From: Octopus vulgaris | Lineage: Eukaryota | NCBI GenBank assembly: GCA_951406725.2 | Contig: OX597822.1 | Location: forward strand, 77,872,001-77,936,000 | Reading direction: 5' to 3' | DNA length: 64,000 nucleotides | In this document: positions 1 through 14,369 of the stretch, in pieces | How positions within the stretch are numbered: position 1 is the first letter of the stretch | Layout of the letters: each line of letters opens with the position of its first letter | Made by a program: the position numbers and the translations under genes | Notes under the pieces: generated by a model | Told to the model about the DNA's origin: nothing | The model's input: only the letters and a program-made list of their open reading frames with translations | Databases searched by the model: none

Positions 1-1040
1 GTTAATTGTATGTCCAGTCATAGAGTGACCAATAGTCTCGCATCCATAAAGCGCTTAGCATTATTAGACGGTCCGCCAGTCTCCAGTGACCGCGGGGGCC
101 TATATAACCTCTTTGCTTCGAAGGTTTTGAGGTCGTTGATTTTGGGCGGAAACCTCCTAGATTTGATCCCATACATGTTGGCTTCTGAGGATGGCGTGGT
201 TTGGACATAGAAATATGTCTTTACATCTCATCCGCCTTCTGTGGTCGATCATCCTCTCGAGAAGCATTTTGGTGTAAAGCTCGTTAGACGGTGTTGGTAT
301 ATTTTTCTGTCGAACAACTGACGTATATAGCTCCATATTATCCGAGAGACGTGGCTTTCGTGATTTTGTAGATGTGTGCAGCCGGTGGTACAGCTGCCTG
401 TGGCCACTAGACTCTGACCGGACATATCATTAACTTCCCATAAATATGTGTGTGTGCATGTGTGTATGTGTATGTATGCATGTATGTATTTATGTAGGTA
501 GGTAGATAGATAGGTACAAACACACACACATACATACATACGTGCACACATATATACAGTGCAAAATTTTTTTAAAATTCAAAGCCGAGGTAAAAAAAAC
601 AAGAAAAGACGAAAAGCAAACAGAGTGCATTATATTTATGCCCAGGAAAAAATAGAAAGTAAAGTCTTTTACGTTTCGAGTATAGGCTCTTCATCAGATA
701 GAACAGAGGAGGAGAGAAAAAATATGGAAAGAGAAAAGAACGAATGTGACTCCATCAGATTGTCACCACTTGCTGAATAACTGAACAGCTGAATACATGT
801 ATACAAAAGAAGGGAAGGATAAATTGTTGGTATTACATTTATTACAAGGTTTAAAATTGGTTCTATGACGTATGGATGATTAATCATGTAACATGCATGA
901 AGACTAGACAGAGAACAATGGTATTATCAAATCGATGATATCACATGAATTATATAAAGATTGGCCCACATTCATCTCGTCATAAACTCTATTTGTTCAC
1001 AAAGGTTATGAGTAGATAAATATAACTTTAACATCATATA

Positions 1041-1287
1041 CAGGGGTGGGGGTGCAAAAATAGGTAGACAGTAAGTATCACGTGTTATAATACTTAATTC
1101 ATTAAAATTATTAGCACATTAAATTAGTTGGCCTAATTTTCAGTGTCATTAATCATAATAATACATTTATCATAATTATAATAATACTTTTATTGTAACT
1201 TTATATTTGTTTTGATAAAAATAAATGAGTAGTGTACGTGTTTCTGTTTTTTTTTCATAATTGTATGTTTACTTTTGCCCCACCCTG
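1041..1287. mobile_element. Tc1/mariner MITE
   Basis: TA|CAGGG(G)TGGGG..CAAAA ... TTTTGCCCCACCCTG|TA terminal inverted repeats with TA flanks. Confidence 0.75.
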
Positions 1288-1935
1288 TATTTATTTCTTA
1301 TTTACAGAGGTGCAGGTGTAGCTGTGTGCTAAGAAGCTTGCTTCCGAACCACATGGCTCGAGCCGACCAAAGCCTTGTGAGTGGATTTGATAGAGAGAAA
1401 CTGAAAGAAGCCCGTCGTATATATGCATATATTTATGTGTGAGTGTCTTTGCTTTTATGTTTGACCTCCACCACCACGACCAACAACCTCATCCCTAACC
1501 CTAACCTTAACCAACCTCATCGCTGACAACCGATGCTAGTGTGTTTACGTCCTCGTAATCTAGCGGTTCGGTAAAAGAAACCGATATAAGTACTACGTTT
1601 ACAAAGAATAAGTCCTGATGGTCTATTCGGCTAAAAAAACCTTTTAAAGCGGTGCTCCACATGGCCGCAGTCAAATGACTCAAACGAAGAATAAAATAAT
1701 GTATTTACTTGTTTCAGTCATTCTGCTGCGGCCATGCTGGGGCAACGCATTCAGGAATTTTTAGCCGAAGGAATCAAACCTTGTACAAATTCTCTTTTAA
1801 GCCTGGTACTTGTACTATCGCGTCCTTTCGCCGAACCGCTAAGTTACAGGAACATGAACGCACCAATACCGGTTGTATTGTGGTAGTGGTGGTGATGGTG
1901 GCCAAACACAGACACAAGGTACACACACACACACA

Positions 1936-1998
<63 letters not shown>

Positions 1999-2067
1999 TG
2001 TATGTATGTATGTATGTATGTATATACGATGGGCTTCTTTTTAGCTTCAATCTACCACAGAACCATA

Positions 2068-2177
<110 letters not shown>

Positions 2178-2311
2178 TTATCTATCTATGGTAAATATCT
2201 ATGGTATATATCTATGGTAAATGTCTATTTATCTATCTATGTAACTATGCACATACATACTCACACACATATATGTAAACATCTATATATACATATATAT
2301 ATATATATATA

Positions 2312-2360
<49 letters not shown>

Positions 2361-2510
2361 GTGTGTGTGTGTATATATATGTATAAGTGTAAGTGTGCGT
2401 GTATGTTTGAATTTATGTCAAGCTATAAGAAAAATCAATTTTACATTAAACCGATGGACTATTCAATAACTTTTATAGAGTGCGCATTCATTGTTCTTTA
2501 ATAAGAATTG

Positions 2511-2605
2511 TATTGACTGTAACTTCGAAGTTCCAGCCTACATAGCCTTCTTTGGACTCTCCGAAGAAAGCTAAGCAGGTCGAAACTTCGAAATCACGGC
2601 CAATA
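2511..2605. repeat. Small imperfect hairpin with hammerhead-like core (CCGAAGA...GAAACTTCGAA)
   Basis: tattgactgtaacttcgaagttcc...tttgga ctc tccgaag...gaaacttcgaaatcacggccaata; the stem III candidate ACTTCGAAGT is palindromic. Confidence 0.5.
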
Positions 2606-2616
2606 GTATCAACATA

Positions 2617-2647
<31 letters not shown>

Positions 2648-3509
2648 TGTATGTATGTATGTATGTATGTATGCATGCATGCATGTATATATGTATGCAT
2701 GCATGCATGTATGTATATATGCATGTATGTATGTATGTATGCATGCATGTATGTATGTATGTATGTATGTATGTATGTATGTATGTATGTATGTATGCAT
2801 TCGTATTTGTATGAATAATGATTAATTATAATGTTTGCAGGTAACCTCTCAGCATAAAACGGAAGCACATTAAAATGCTGGATAATGTAGTTATATCAAA
2901 CCGTTAATGTAATCAAAATTAATCGGTCCGAAACTTTTATACTTGTTTAATTATAAAACTTTAATGTTATCGGTCGATTGCTCAAAGCATACGTTTCGAC
3001 ATCAAGTAATTTAATGTGATTTAAAGAAAGAGGCTTCCATTGAATAAATACATACATTCTCACCCTTTCTCTCCCTCACTCTCATTTTTGTCTGTTTGCG
3101 TGTGTCTTTCTCTTTTGTCTGCATGTCTGTCTCTCTGTCTCTCTGTCTCTCTCTCTCTCTCGCATATACACATGAATACAATAAATACGTCAATGTAGAG
3201 CAGAACTGTTTGTAAAAGGCAAACATTACAACATATTAAACTATTAGACGACATATATTCTCTATGTCTCTTCATCTCCATCTTCGTAATCCACTCACTC
3301 TCTCTCACTACCCCTCTTTTTATTTCTGTTTCTGTCGGTCTGCCTACGTTTTACCTTATTTCAGCAATTAGACTGTGATCATGCTGGAGCACTGCCGTGA
3401 AGAAATTTTAGTCGAATGAATCGACCCAAGTATTTGTTTTTTCTATTTTTTTTAAAACCTGGTACTTATCCTATCGGACCTAATATTGTCAGACTATGGT
3501 GGGGCACAA

Positions 3510-4370
3510 ACACAGTTTTATTTCAAGATTTCTTGCCAAAGGAGAAAGAACCGGTTTCTAAACTAGACCTAAGGCTCTTTCTTTGGAATTTCAACATCAA
3601 CAGCAGGGTATTTTTGTTTGAATGTATGTATGTTTGTATGCATGTATACATATATGTATGTATGTGTGCATGTATGCATGTATATGTGAAGATTTGTATG
3701 TTTTGTTTTATGTATGTATTCTCATGCATATACTTGCATATCTAGACACACTCATATATATTTAAATGATAAACTTTTGGAAAGTTTTACAGATTTTTAC
3801 AGTTCCAGTGATGGATTGGATCTGTAGTCTTCGAATTAGCTTTCTCCATTCTGGTTTTGAGAAGCCTAATTTCTCAAGATTGGTATTTAGGCAGTGTGTT
3901 ACATATCCCAGTGCCCCAATAATTACAGGCATAAACCTGAACTGGTAGTATAGATAGAGTAACTGAAGATTTCTCAATAGTTGAGCGTAGGTATTTTCTT
4001 TTTCACTGATCTTCAGCTTTATGTTAATTTCCACAACTGTACACAGTTTCTCTTCTTTATCCTAAATCATTATATCAGGTCTGTTGTGCTTACATTTTAT
4101 TGAGGTCTTCACTGGTACATTCCACCAGTATTCCTTTTTATTATGAGTAGCAATGGCCTCTATTTCTTTGTCCTTGGAATTATCCTTTATTGAGTGTCCT
4201 AGCTACAATGTCATGTCTCATCGGCAGACAATACTGTGATGACATTTTCGGACAACTGCTTATGATGTGGGTGATATCTTCAGTGTGAACTGCACAGAGT
4301 CTGCATCGGTTGTCACATGTTACGGCTTTTCCTGCATCTCTATTCCTTTTGTGCATCAAGTACTTGGTTG
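3510..4370 (-). mobile_element. 3' fragment of the second RLE-type LINE family (related pieces at about 33470-33590, 47400-47520, 58620-58870)
   Basis: CRLCAVHTEDITHIISSCPKM...RHD and PVIIGALG...LQIQSITGTVKICKTF. Confidence 0.85.
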
Positions 4371-4597
4371 ATATGTATGTACGACTGGCTTCTTTCCGTC
4401 TCTGTCTACCAAATCCACTCAAATGCTTTAATCAGCCCGAGGCTATAGGAGAAGAAACTTGCCCAAAAGTGCTGCAGTGGGACACTGAACACGGAGCCAT
4501 GTGGTTGGGAAGCAAGCTTCTTACCACACAACCGTACCCGCGCCTATGTTTATCCTTTCTTCTTTTTTTTTTTAGCAGTGAAGAGAAAGAGAGAGAG

Positions 4598-4644
<47 letters not shown>

Positions 4645-4913
4645 GTTGAAGAGCAATGAAGGGAGTGAGAGAGAGGGAAAGGGGAAGAGAAACATATAAA
4701 GATCAATTGTGGGAGAAGACGAAAAATGAGGGAAGAGAGAGAGACGAAGGATTAATTAGTAATGGAGAGAAAGAGGAAGGAGAAGAATTAGGGGACAGAT
4801 ATAAAGAATAATGTTAGGAAGAGAGGAAGAGTAATGAGGGGAAAGAAAGAAAGAAAGAAAGAAGAAAGAGCTAGAGACGAAAAGTAAGAGAGAGAGAGAG
4901 AGTGAGATGAAGG

Positions 4914-4951
<38 letters not shown>

Positions 4952-5192
4952 GTACGGAGAAATGCGTGTAAGAGTAAACGAAGAGAAAACATGGCTGATA
5001 TTTACTGTCAACCATTAAGGTGTGCAATAGTAGTAGTAGTAGTAGTAGTAATAGACATACACATGCATGTATATATAAACATACATATGTATGTATACAC
5101 AGACACATATGCATGTGTATACGTTAATTATATAATTATTTACGTACGTATGTATGCACATATGCATATATATATATAATGTGTGTGTGTGT

Positions 5193-5234
<42 letters not shown>

Positions 5235-5497
5235 CATATATATGCATGTGAATATGTATATTTATGTATATGTAGACGTGTGTGTGTGTGTGTGTGTGTG
5301 TATGAATGGATTGTACGTATGGATACACACTCACATGCGCATACAGATGTACATATTCGTGCACCGTAGGATTACCAACAATGGCAGCAGCAAAGATTTT
5401 CTGTACCAAAAAAAAATAGACATCTACTGATCTATTAATAGAAGACTGGGCTAAACATCAGAAATTCCGCTTACATAATTAATTTTCTCTCTTTCTT

Positions 5498-5607
<110 letters not shown>

Positions 5608-7185
5608 TATGTATATATATATTATGTAAGCGTGTATATTATGTGTATATTATGCATGTATGCATGTATAAATATATGCCAGTATGTAAAGAGAAAGAGG
5701 TCCATTATGGCCCTATGTCTCTTCTCTCTCTTATCTGATTATGTCCAGGCTTATATCTCCCAAGATAATGCTACATGAAAACCAGTTTTGTGAAAAATTT
5801 TGAGGATGAAATAAAATAGCTCTTTGAATTGGAAAAATTAATGTTCTATTGAGAGGAATAAGTGCGGTACTATTGTTAGAAAATCTCTTGCCTTAAAGAG
5901 TTCAAAGAGTTATGATTGAAAAGGTAATTGCTATACCGGCTGAGGTGAATTCTTCTCTGGTCGTAGATTTCATTACTGATTTTTCAAATTTATTTTTGGA
6001 TAAACGGGCAAATTGGCTAAATCATTGACTGGCACTCCGTCAGTTACGACGACGACGGTTCCAGTTGATCCGATCAACGGAACAGCCTTCGTGAAATTAA
6101 CGTGCAAGTGACTGAGTATTCCACAGACACGCGTATCCTCAACGCGGTTCCGAAGGAGATTCTGCGTGGCACAGAATGTGACAAGGCTGGCCCTTTACAA
6201 TACAAGTATTACTTATTTTTGCCAGCTGAGTGAACTGGGGGCAATGAGAAATAAAGTGTCTTGCTCAAGGACACAACGTTTCACTGGGAATCGAACTCGT
6301 GACCTAACGATTATGATTCGAATGCCCCTAACCACTAAGCCACTCACCTTCACAAAAAAAAAATATACTTTGCAACTTTTATTGCGACTCTTTCTGTTCT
6401 GAGTTTTTGGACATTGATTAAACCATTCGTGCCAAAACTTTTCTAGCGAATGAAATTGCCTGAAAATTCACAGATACTTATTTTGACCTAAATAACAACT
6501 GAAAGAAATTTCATTGAAATCCGTTTGATACAGACTGCATACGTCATGTTTCATTCTTTGATACAGATCATACACAAATCACAATTTGCATCAAGTATTT
6601 GTTTTATACCCTTATAAATTAAGTGTCAGTTTAAACGGACAATCGATATGAATGGGTTAATCTCTTTGGCGATTTAACACTAACTTGTCTTTGGTTGTTT
6701 TCAGTGGAGTGAATTATTTTGCAAGCATTCGTGTCTGTTCTCGAATTTGGGAACAAGTTACCCCTTTCTATCAATCAGTTTCGGAAGACCCCCAAATAAT
6801 TATTTTTAATTTTGGCATGAGGTGAGGAATTTATCGACCACAATGTTTGAATTGTGATATATTTTACCAATAATAATAATAATAATAATAATAATCTTTT
6901 CTACTGGAAGCACAAGGCATCAAATTTGGGGGAAGGGATTAAAGTCGATTACACCGACCCCAGTGCGTAACTGGTACTTATTTAATCAACCCCGAAAGGA
7001 TGAAAGGCAAAGTCCACTTCGGCGAAATTTGAACTATGATAGGAACTGTTTCTGTTTTTAGATTCCACATTTGAGTTACCTCTATTTCCAGGTCTTTGTA
7101 TTTTGAAAGTTTCTCCATTTCTTTCAAAGAAACGTTATCATCTGCTGGTATTGATACATAAATTAGAAAGTATTATTATCATTAC

Positions 7186-7263
<78 letters not shown>

Positions 7264-7744
7264 ATGTTTGACTTTTGCTTTATGTCTGTACAAGTTGGCT
7301 CCAGGTCTCACCCAGAGACCTCAAGAGACAACAGGTTGGAAGTTCTGTGCCATATATTTGGGGGGGGGGTGTACTAGTGAATATCTAATACATAAAAATA
7401 AAAAGTAAATAAATAAAAAAAAAAAGAAGTTTGTTTTAAACCTTGGGATTACATAGAGAGTATTTTGCGTAGGATATGAGCAGTTCCCATTATTATTATT
7501 ATTATTATTTGAATTTCAATTCCTGGACTGGGCTCTTGAGCAAAACACTACATCTCACTTTGCTCTGCGACCCACTTCGACACTCGACGCGTAGCACATT
7601 GTGCACCTGTTTAGACAATGTCGATGTGATGGAGAGAGTGAGCTGATGTGCGGCACGAACATTTGATCACAATAAACAAATCATTTGTGCAGGGTGTTCG
7701 ACAAAAGCTGAACGCTCATAAGTCTGCTGCTGCTGCTGCTGATT

Positions 7745-7800
<56 letters not shown>

Positions 7801-7805
7801 TATCA

Positions 7806-7842
<37 letters not shown>

Positions 7843-7857
7843 CATTATTATTATTAT

Positions 7858-9350
7858 TGTCTTTGCACAGCTTCTAACGCTGGAGATGTACTACAGTGTC
7901 AGCTGTTCACTACCAGTGAACTAAGATAACACCCCTTATTATTATTGGTACTACTGCTACCTTTTTTCATTGACCACAACTGCTTAACTTCCCAAGCTAA
8001 CCTGTCATATCTCTCAACTTTTCTTTCTTCCTTATCGCTTGCCTTGTTGTCAGCTGGGCATGTTATGTCTATGACCCAGCATAGTTTGTTTTCTTTCTCA
8101 ATTAAGACTATGCTCTGAATCATAAAATCCCATAGGATCTTTGCATTTCTATTTTCGTCGGTCCCTTCAGGTTTGTGGTCGTACCAATTTTTTGCTCTGT
8201 CAAATCCATACTTGTTGAAAAGTGTCCAATGGACAAGCCTGGCTATATTGTCGTGGCATCTCTTATATTCCTTCCGGGCTAGTGGCGTACATTGGCTGGT
8301 TTCACCATTTTGTCCACAGATTCTGCACTTATCACTTTCTGCTTTGTTGTCTATTCTGTATTTTATGTGAAAACTCACAGTTCATTTTGCTGGGTATGAT
8401 GGAAAGTGTCAGCTGTCCACAGCCAGCAGACTAAAGGAACGCTTGTTTACTGGTCATACTTCAAGAACCCTGCGAAGAATTCTAGCATTTCCTGAGTACC
8501 AATGTTAGGGGTATTAAGCAGAGAACGAAAGGTAACGGAGATAGGCTGTCACCCTGGCAAATCCCTCTTCTGATACCCAGGGTGCCCAAGCTTTTTCCGT
8601 AAGATGACAGTTCAGTTTTCCATCCCGTCATACTTCTCTTCGGGAAACATTTGATTCCTCACAATTCCAAACAGATCTAAGCACTCAATGATCCACAAAT
8701 GCGGAATCATGTCATAAGCTTTGCGATAGTCAATCCAGGCCATTCCCAGATTTGTTCTCCTTCGTTTACAATCTTGCATTACCATTTTATCTATCAATAG
8801 TTGATCTTTGGTACCTCTGCATCTCCTTTAACAGCCTTTCTATTCTGTTTGTAATTTATCGTTCTCATCAAGAAATTTATACAGTTCTTCTGCAATTCCT
8901 CCAGACCGTAACTTCCACATTAACGGGAGGTAGGATATTGGTCTGTAATTTTCAGCAACATTTCCCTTTGATGAATCTTTCAGGCACCATACTGTTCGTC
9001 CTTTTATCAACCAGCCGGTATTTCATCTTCTCCATTGATCAATGCATTAAATTGTTCTGCGAGTAATTTATGGCAACTACTGAGCTTTTTTTTTAATCCA
9101 AAATTCCTGAACACCATCAGGTCCTGCTGCTTTCCAATTGCTTATCTTTTTACTCATATTTCTGATACTGTTTTCTGTGAAGTGGATAGCCTTCTGCTGG
9201 GGATAAGAAGCTGCTTGCTTCAGGCTGCAGACCCATTCAGTTGTAGTATTATGTTGTTTTTGCCTACTCCATACCAGGATATCTGTGTCCTTGATTAGTA
9301 CTGAGAAGTATCTGATATATTCTAGAACAGTGTCTTTGTACCCAGATATA
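7858..9350 (-). mobile_element. RLE-type non-LTR retrotransposon fragment (R4/Dong-like), 3' end at (ATT)n
   Basis: [20 protein letters not shown] remnant CRICGQNGET, and restriction-like endonuclease ILWDFMIQ...CWVIDITCP...KVERY; degraded. Confidence 0.85.
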
Positions 9351-9460
9351 TAATGACCTTGATCTTGATTAACGATTTATATATATATATAAATATATAG
9401 GAAGAGAGAGAATGAGAGAGAAAGAGTGAGAGAGAGAAAGAGAGAGTTATACATACATAC

Positions 9461-9527
<67 letters not shown>

Positions 9528-9538
9528 GAGAGGGAGGG

Positions 9539-9713
9539 AGAGCAATAAGAAAATGGAGGGGATCAATAGGTGGTATTCATCAACTGTTAGACATTATATT
9601 ATGTCAATTTATTTATTTATTTACTAAAGGGACAATTATAACAATGAATAGCATAATAATATCTAAAAGTTGATGAACCACCTAATGATCCCCCTCCATT
9701 TTCTTATTGCTCT
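9539..9713. repeat. Fold-back hairpin with one-sided extension to about 9890, between (GA)n/(TA)n tracts
   Basis: agagcaataagaaaatggaggggatca ... tgatccccctccattttcttattgctct. Confidence 0.8.
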
Positions 9714-9889
9714 ATAAATTAATGGTAAAATAACTCTTTACCCTCAGTCATTTATTACACTCGGTAATGTAATTTCAATGCGATAAGAAAAAAAAACACT
9801 TGTGTATTAATAATTGGGTATTCTACCAGCAGTATATTGGATAGATATTATCCCTTAGTTCGTTGGATTCACAATCTCTAACTTTTTTG

Positions 9890-9946
<57 letters not shown>

Positions 9947-9949
<3 letters not shown>

Positions 9950-10146
9950 TAATCCCTCGACATATCGCGGTTCACCTATAGCGATTTATCATTTAAGCTC
10001 ACGTTGTTGTTTTGCATTTATAATAAAATAAATATATACAGATTATAAACATGATTAAAAAATACACCACTGTTTCTACTTTGCGGATTTTCGCCTTTCG
10101 TAGGGGATTTTGGAACGTAACACCCACGATAGTCGAAGTATTACTG
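9947..10146. mobile_element. pogo/Tigger-type MITE
   Basis: TA|CAGTAATCCCTCGACATATCGCGG ... CCACGATAGTCGAAGTATTACTG|TA. Confidence 0.75.
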
Positions 10147-10150
10147 TAAA

Positions 10151-10197
<47 letters not shown>

Positions 10198-10244
10198 CAA
10201 TAATAAATCTCTGAACGAGACGTAAACAGTAACTGCTCGACAAC

Positions 10245-10485
10245 GTAAAGTATACTAGCCATCACAATATGGCTAACCACTAAGGGCGGGTGTTACTGTA
10301 GCTTTTTAGCCCCAGGAGATAATCGTCTCCAGCTGGCTTCAGGCACACTTTCTGTGCCCTCTGTGCCCTTTTTTTTTGTTAAAGTGTGCTAAAGCCAGCT
10401 GAGACGATGATCTCCTGGGGCCAAAAAGCTACAGTAACACCCACCCTTGGTGGTTAGCCATATTGTGATGGCTAGTATACTTTAC
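10245..10485. repeat. Fold-back hairpin (arms about 105 bp) in (TA)n, with about 50-bp left extension
   Basis: gtaaagtatactagccatcacaatatggctaacca ... tggttagccatattgtgatggctagtatactttac. The spacer contains a short direct duplication (tctgtgccct ctgtgccct). Confidence 0.9.
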
Positions 10486-10497
10486 CTTATATTTATA

Positions 10498-10573
<76 letters not shown>

Positions 10574-10689
10574 TGAATATATATATGTATATATAAACTT
10601 AGATAAACTTAGATATGTTTCGACCAAAGATTGATCCAGGCCGTGTCTAACTTAATAACCCCACCTGCAAGGAGTATTTAAATCTTTTT

Positions 10690-11310
10690 TAATTCAAGTT
10701 TTGTGGTATCCATGGTCCATTCGAATAGGGAATTCTTGTTGAGGGAGCTGTATCCAGGTATAGGTGGCTTATCTGGTATTCCTTGAAGAAATTTGTCCAG
10801 ACTCCTTTTAAAGGTGATGAGATCCTTTTCCTCTTTCATCTGTTTCGAGGCAGTGTTAAATAGGGTTCCTGTTGAGGAAAAGAAATTGTGTTGCAGTGTA
10901 TTTATGTGTTGCGATTCTGAATTGGGTAGGGGACATATGGCCAGTGGTCCGAGCCTTGGATGAATTTTGAAGCTAATGTTGAGGTCATTTTGGCAATGCT
11001 AGTGGTATATTCTGCACATCGTGCAAATGATGTATCGCTTACGGCTTAGGATTATCAGCAAATATTTTCACTTTAGTGTTTTTTTATGACGCTGGAAATT
11101 TCGTTTATATAGACTATAAAAGAGAAGCGGGCCCAAGACAATCCCCTAAGGAACACCACCGGTGACTTTTGCTGGACTTGGGTGGATTCCACCGATCAGA
11201 ACATCTGCAGGAAGTACTCAGTCCAGTGTAGAAGTGTATATGTATATAATGCCATTTGTGTTTTTGCTTTTGACACCAACGCCACATCAATGATGAACTC
11301 CTCTTTCTAG
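10690..11310 (-). mobile_element. CR1/Jockey-type LINE 3' fragment
   Basis: The minus strand encodes GGVP*G-like RT remnants and a C-terminus FKRSLDKFLQGIPDKPPIPGY typical of CR1-clade ORF2 ends. Confidence 0.65.
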
Positions 11311-11422
11311 TCTATAGACGTAAAAGACTTGTTTTATTTATATTCCTGAGCGCCATACTAATACAATTGTTTGTTTGTATTCCACCTGCCTTCGTCTTTT
11401 GTTTATTTTCATAAAGCTTCCC

Positions 11423-11494
<72 letters not shown>

Positions 11495-12059
11495 TTTTAC
11501 TTTTTCAATCATTTGACTGTGGCCATGCTGGAGCACCACCTTTAGTCGAACAAATGGATCCCAGGACTTATTCTATTGGTCTCTTTTTGCCGAACCGCTA
11601 ATTCACAGGGACGTAAGCTCACCAACATCGGTTGTCAAGCGATGGTCAGTGACAAACACAGACACACACACTCACACGTACACATACATATATATACGAC
11701 GGGCTTCTTTCAATTTCCGTCAACCAAATCCAATCACAAGGCTTTGGTCGGCCCGAGGCTGTAGTAAAAGACACTTACCCAAGGTGCCATAGAGTGGGAC
11801 TGAACCCGGAACCATGTGGTTGCGAAGCAAGTTTCTTACCACAGGCACTCCTGCACCTTTACTTGCTTCAGTCATTTGTACGGCCATGCTGGAGCACCGC
11901 ATTTAGTCGGCGAAATCGACCTCAGGACTCATTCTTTGGAAGCCTAGTATTTATTCTATCGGTCTTTTGCCGAACTGCTAAGTTGCGGGGGCGTAAACAT
12001 ACCATCATCGGTTGTCAAGCGATGTTGGCGGGCACAAACACAGACACATACATACATAA

Positions 12060-12096
<37 letters not shown>

Positions 12097-12101
<5 letters not shown>

Positions 12102-12285
12102 AATAGTAAAAAGTGAAAAAACTACAGAAGGCTTGATTTAGATGGTTAAAAAATATATATTTGAGTCATTATGTCTGAAGAATGTTCTACATTTTTTTCA
12201 TACAATGACATAATGACTCAAATATATATTTTTTAACCTTCTAGAACAAGGCTTCTGTAGTTTTTTCACTTTTTACTGTTTTCTA
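12097..12285. repeat. Fold-back hairpin in the (TA)n core of a SINE, with about 25-bp right extension
   Basis: tagaaaatagtaaaaagtgaaaaaactacagaag ... cttctgtagttttttcactttttactgttttcta. Confidence 0.88.
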
Positions 12286-12493
12286 TATATTCAACCACGT
12301 GCTTTCTCACCTATATATACATATATATGTACGACATGCTTCTTTCAGTTTCCGCGTACCAAATCCACTCACAAGGCTTTGGTCGGCCCGAGGCTGTAGT
12401 AGAAGACACTTGCCCAAGGTACCACGCAGTGGGTCTGAACCCGGAACCATGTGGTTCGTTAGCAAGATACTTACCACACAGCCATTCCTACGC

Positions 12494-12535
<42 letters not shown>

Positions 12536-12791
12536 CAGAAAATATTGACTTTTCAGATTTGCTTCTATATATATTTTATAGTTTGCTGAATATAGTTTAT
12601 ATAAGACTGGAATTGCGGATTTCCCAAACACAGTGTCTTAGCTTCATCGATGCCTTCTGTGCTGACTAATGTATAGATTAATCTTTTAAATTATAGATTA
12701 CTTCACTGTCTGCTCTGCAGTATTCAGCCTGGCCAATTAGTGGCATGCTTCACGTTAATAAATCTTTATTCTTAATGGATCCTTACAACTG

Positions 12792-12871
<80 letters not shown>

Positions 12872-13476
12872 CTGTGTGTGTGTATAAGATAATACATAAT
12901 GTACATATATAATACATATGATATATGTTATGTCTAAGTAAAAGTTGGGGTGAGCACGGTTGGAACGCTCTTGATTTTTAGATCTGACCTGGGGTTAAAC
13001 AATGCCAAAAAGATTAGACGATGACGATTGGAACAGCTTTGACCATGTGTCTGCCTGCCAGATCAGTATCCGTAACTCGTTCGACTTAGCCGTCACAGAT
13101 TTAGCTGACCTCCTCTGAGGTTTTCAGAAAGGCTTTAACATAGGGACCCCGGTTCTAGCCAGTCACGTATTCTAATCACTATTAGCGCAACTAGGGTAGC
13201 AGGGGCGATGCAAGTGGCACTCTTGGGTCTGCTGCATAAGCTTGTATAGAGGATGGGAACGGGATGGTGGCGGCGAACTCAAGGGCTGCACCGGATGGCA
13301 CACACACTAGCTACGCCGCAGCTAATCATTAGATTAGTGTTAAAACGGAGATAAGGGAAAGGAGGCGATGCGACGATTGGTTTTTCTACAACTTGCTCAA
13401 GAATACCGACGGACCTGTAGGCTGGAGCTGCCAGTAACCGCTGGATTCATGAATAGTTGCACATTGGATTTTGGGG

Positions 13477-13480
13477 TTAC

Positions 13481-13511
<31 letters not shown>

Positions 13512-13619
13512 GCCACCACCACCACCACCACCACCACCATTACTGCTGCTACCTCTACTACTACTTTACTACTACTACTGCCACCCCAACTACTACTAGC
13601 ATTACTGCTGTTGCTGCTG

Positions 13620-13662
<43 letters not shown>

Positions 13663-13739
13663 CACCACCATTACTGCTGTTACTGCTTCTACTGCAGCTG
13701 CTGCTGCTACTACTATTACTACCATTACTACTGCTGCTG

Positions 13740-13773
<34 letters not shown>

Positions 13774-13850
13774 CACTATTACTGCTGCTGCTACTACTAC
13801 TATTACTGCTGCTGCTGCTACTACTACTACTACTACTACTACTGCTTACT
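13477..13850. repeat. Compound trinucleotide microsatellite (CTA/CCA/CTG)n
   Basis: Directly visible; source of the poly-T/poly-L pseudo-ORFs. Confidence 0.95.
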
Positions 13851-14369
13851 GAAGTCTTTCACAGACCTATCGGTTTATTAGACAGTAGACAAATACAGGT
13901 ATATCAAATGCCACACAACATACATTCTTGATCTATTAACATTATCTCTGTCAGTAGAGGATGGATCATAATTATCAAAATGACAACTAAGAACAGCTCC
14001 ATGTGAGAAAAGCAGATAATCTTAAGATTCAAGTATTTCTCCAAAGCTGACATGCCGTTAAGGAAAAAGACAAGATTAATGTCTGGAGATAATAAGACAG
14101 TCGTGGACATGTGTTTGTGGCTCGAGAGCTATCACCAGCATGACAGTCGTTCAATCTTATTTCCAGTTATCAAAGAACTTTGGCTTATAAAAAAAAAAAA
14201 TTAGTAGAAGACATGACCTTGATAACTTGTATAAAATAAAAATAAACTAGGGGAAATAACTCAGAGTGACCAATGGCTTGTACTTGAACAACAGAGACAA
14301 GTACAGGTGTATCAAATACAATACAATATAAACTCTTGATTTAAGATATTAATAGCTAGCATCTTGGTG

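Noticed and set aside
1-435. GC-richer unique-looking segment at the window start
   Set aside because: No frame gives a recognisable protein; it cannot be classified without the upstream sequence or a database search.
10245-10485. Hammerhead or miRNA precursor in this hairpin
   Set aside because: No CUGANGA/GAAA core was found on either strand, and the hairpin is better explained as a transposon fold-back.
13368-13931. 187-aa Thr/Leu-rich ORF resembling a mucin or membrane protein
   Set aside because: Almost entirely a trinucleotide microsatellite; no splice or domain evidence.
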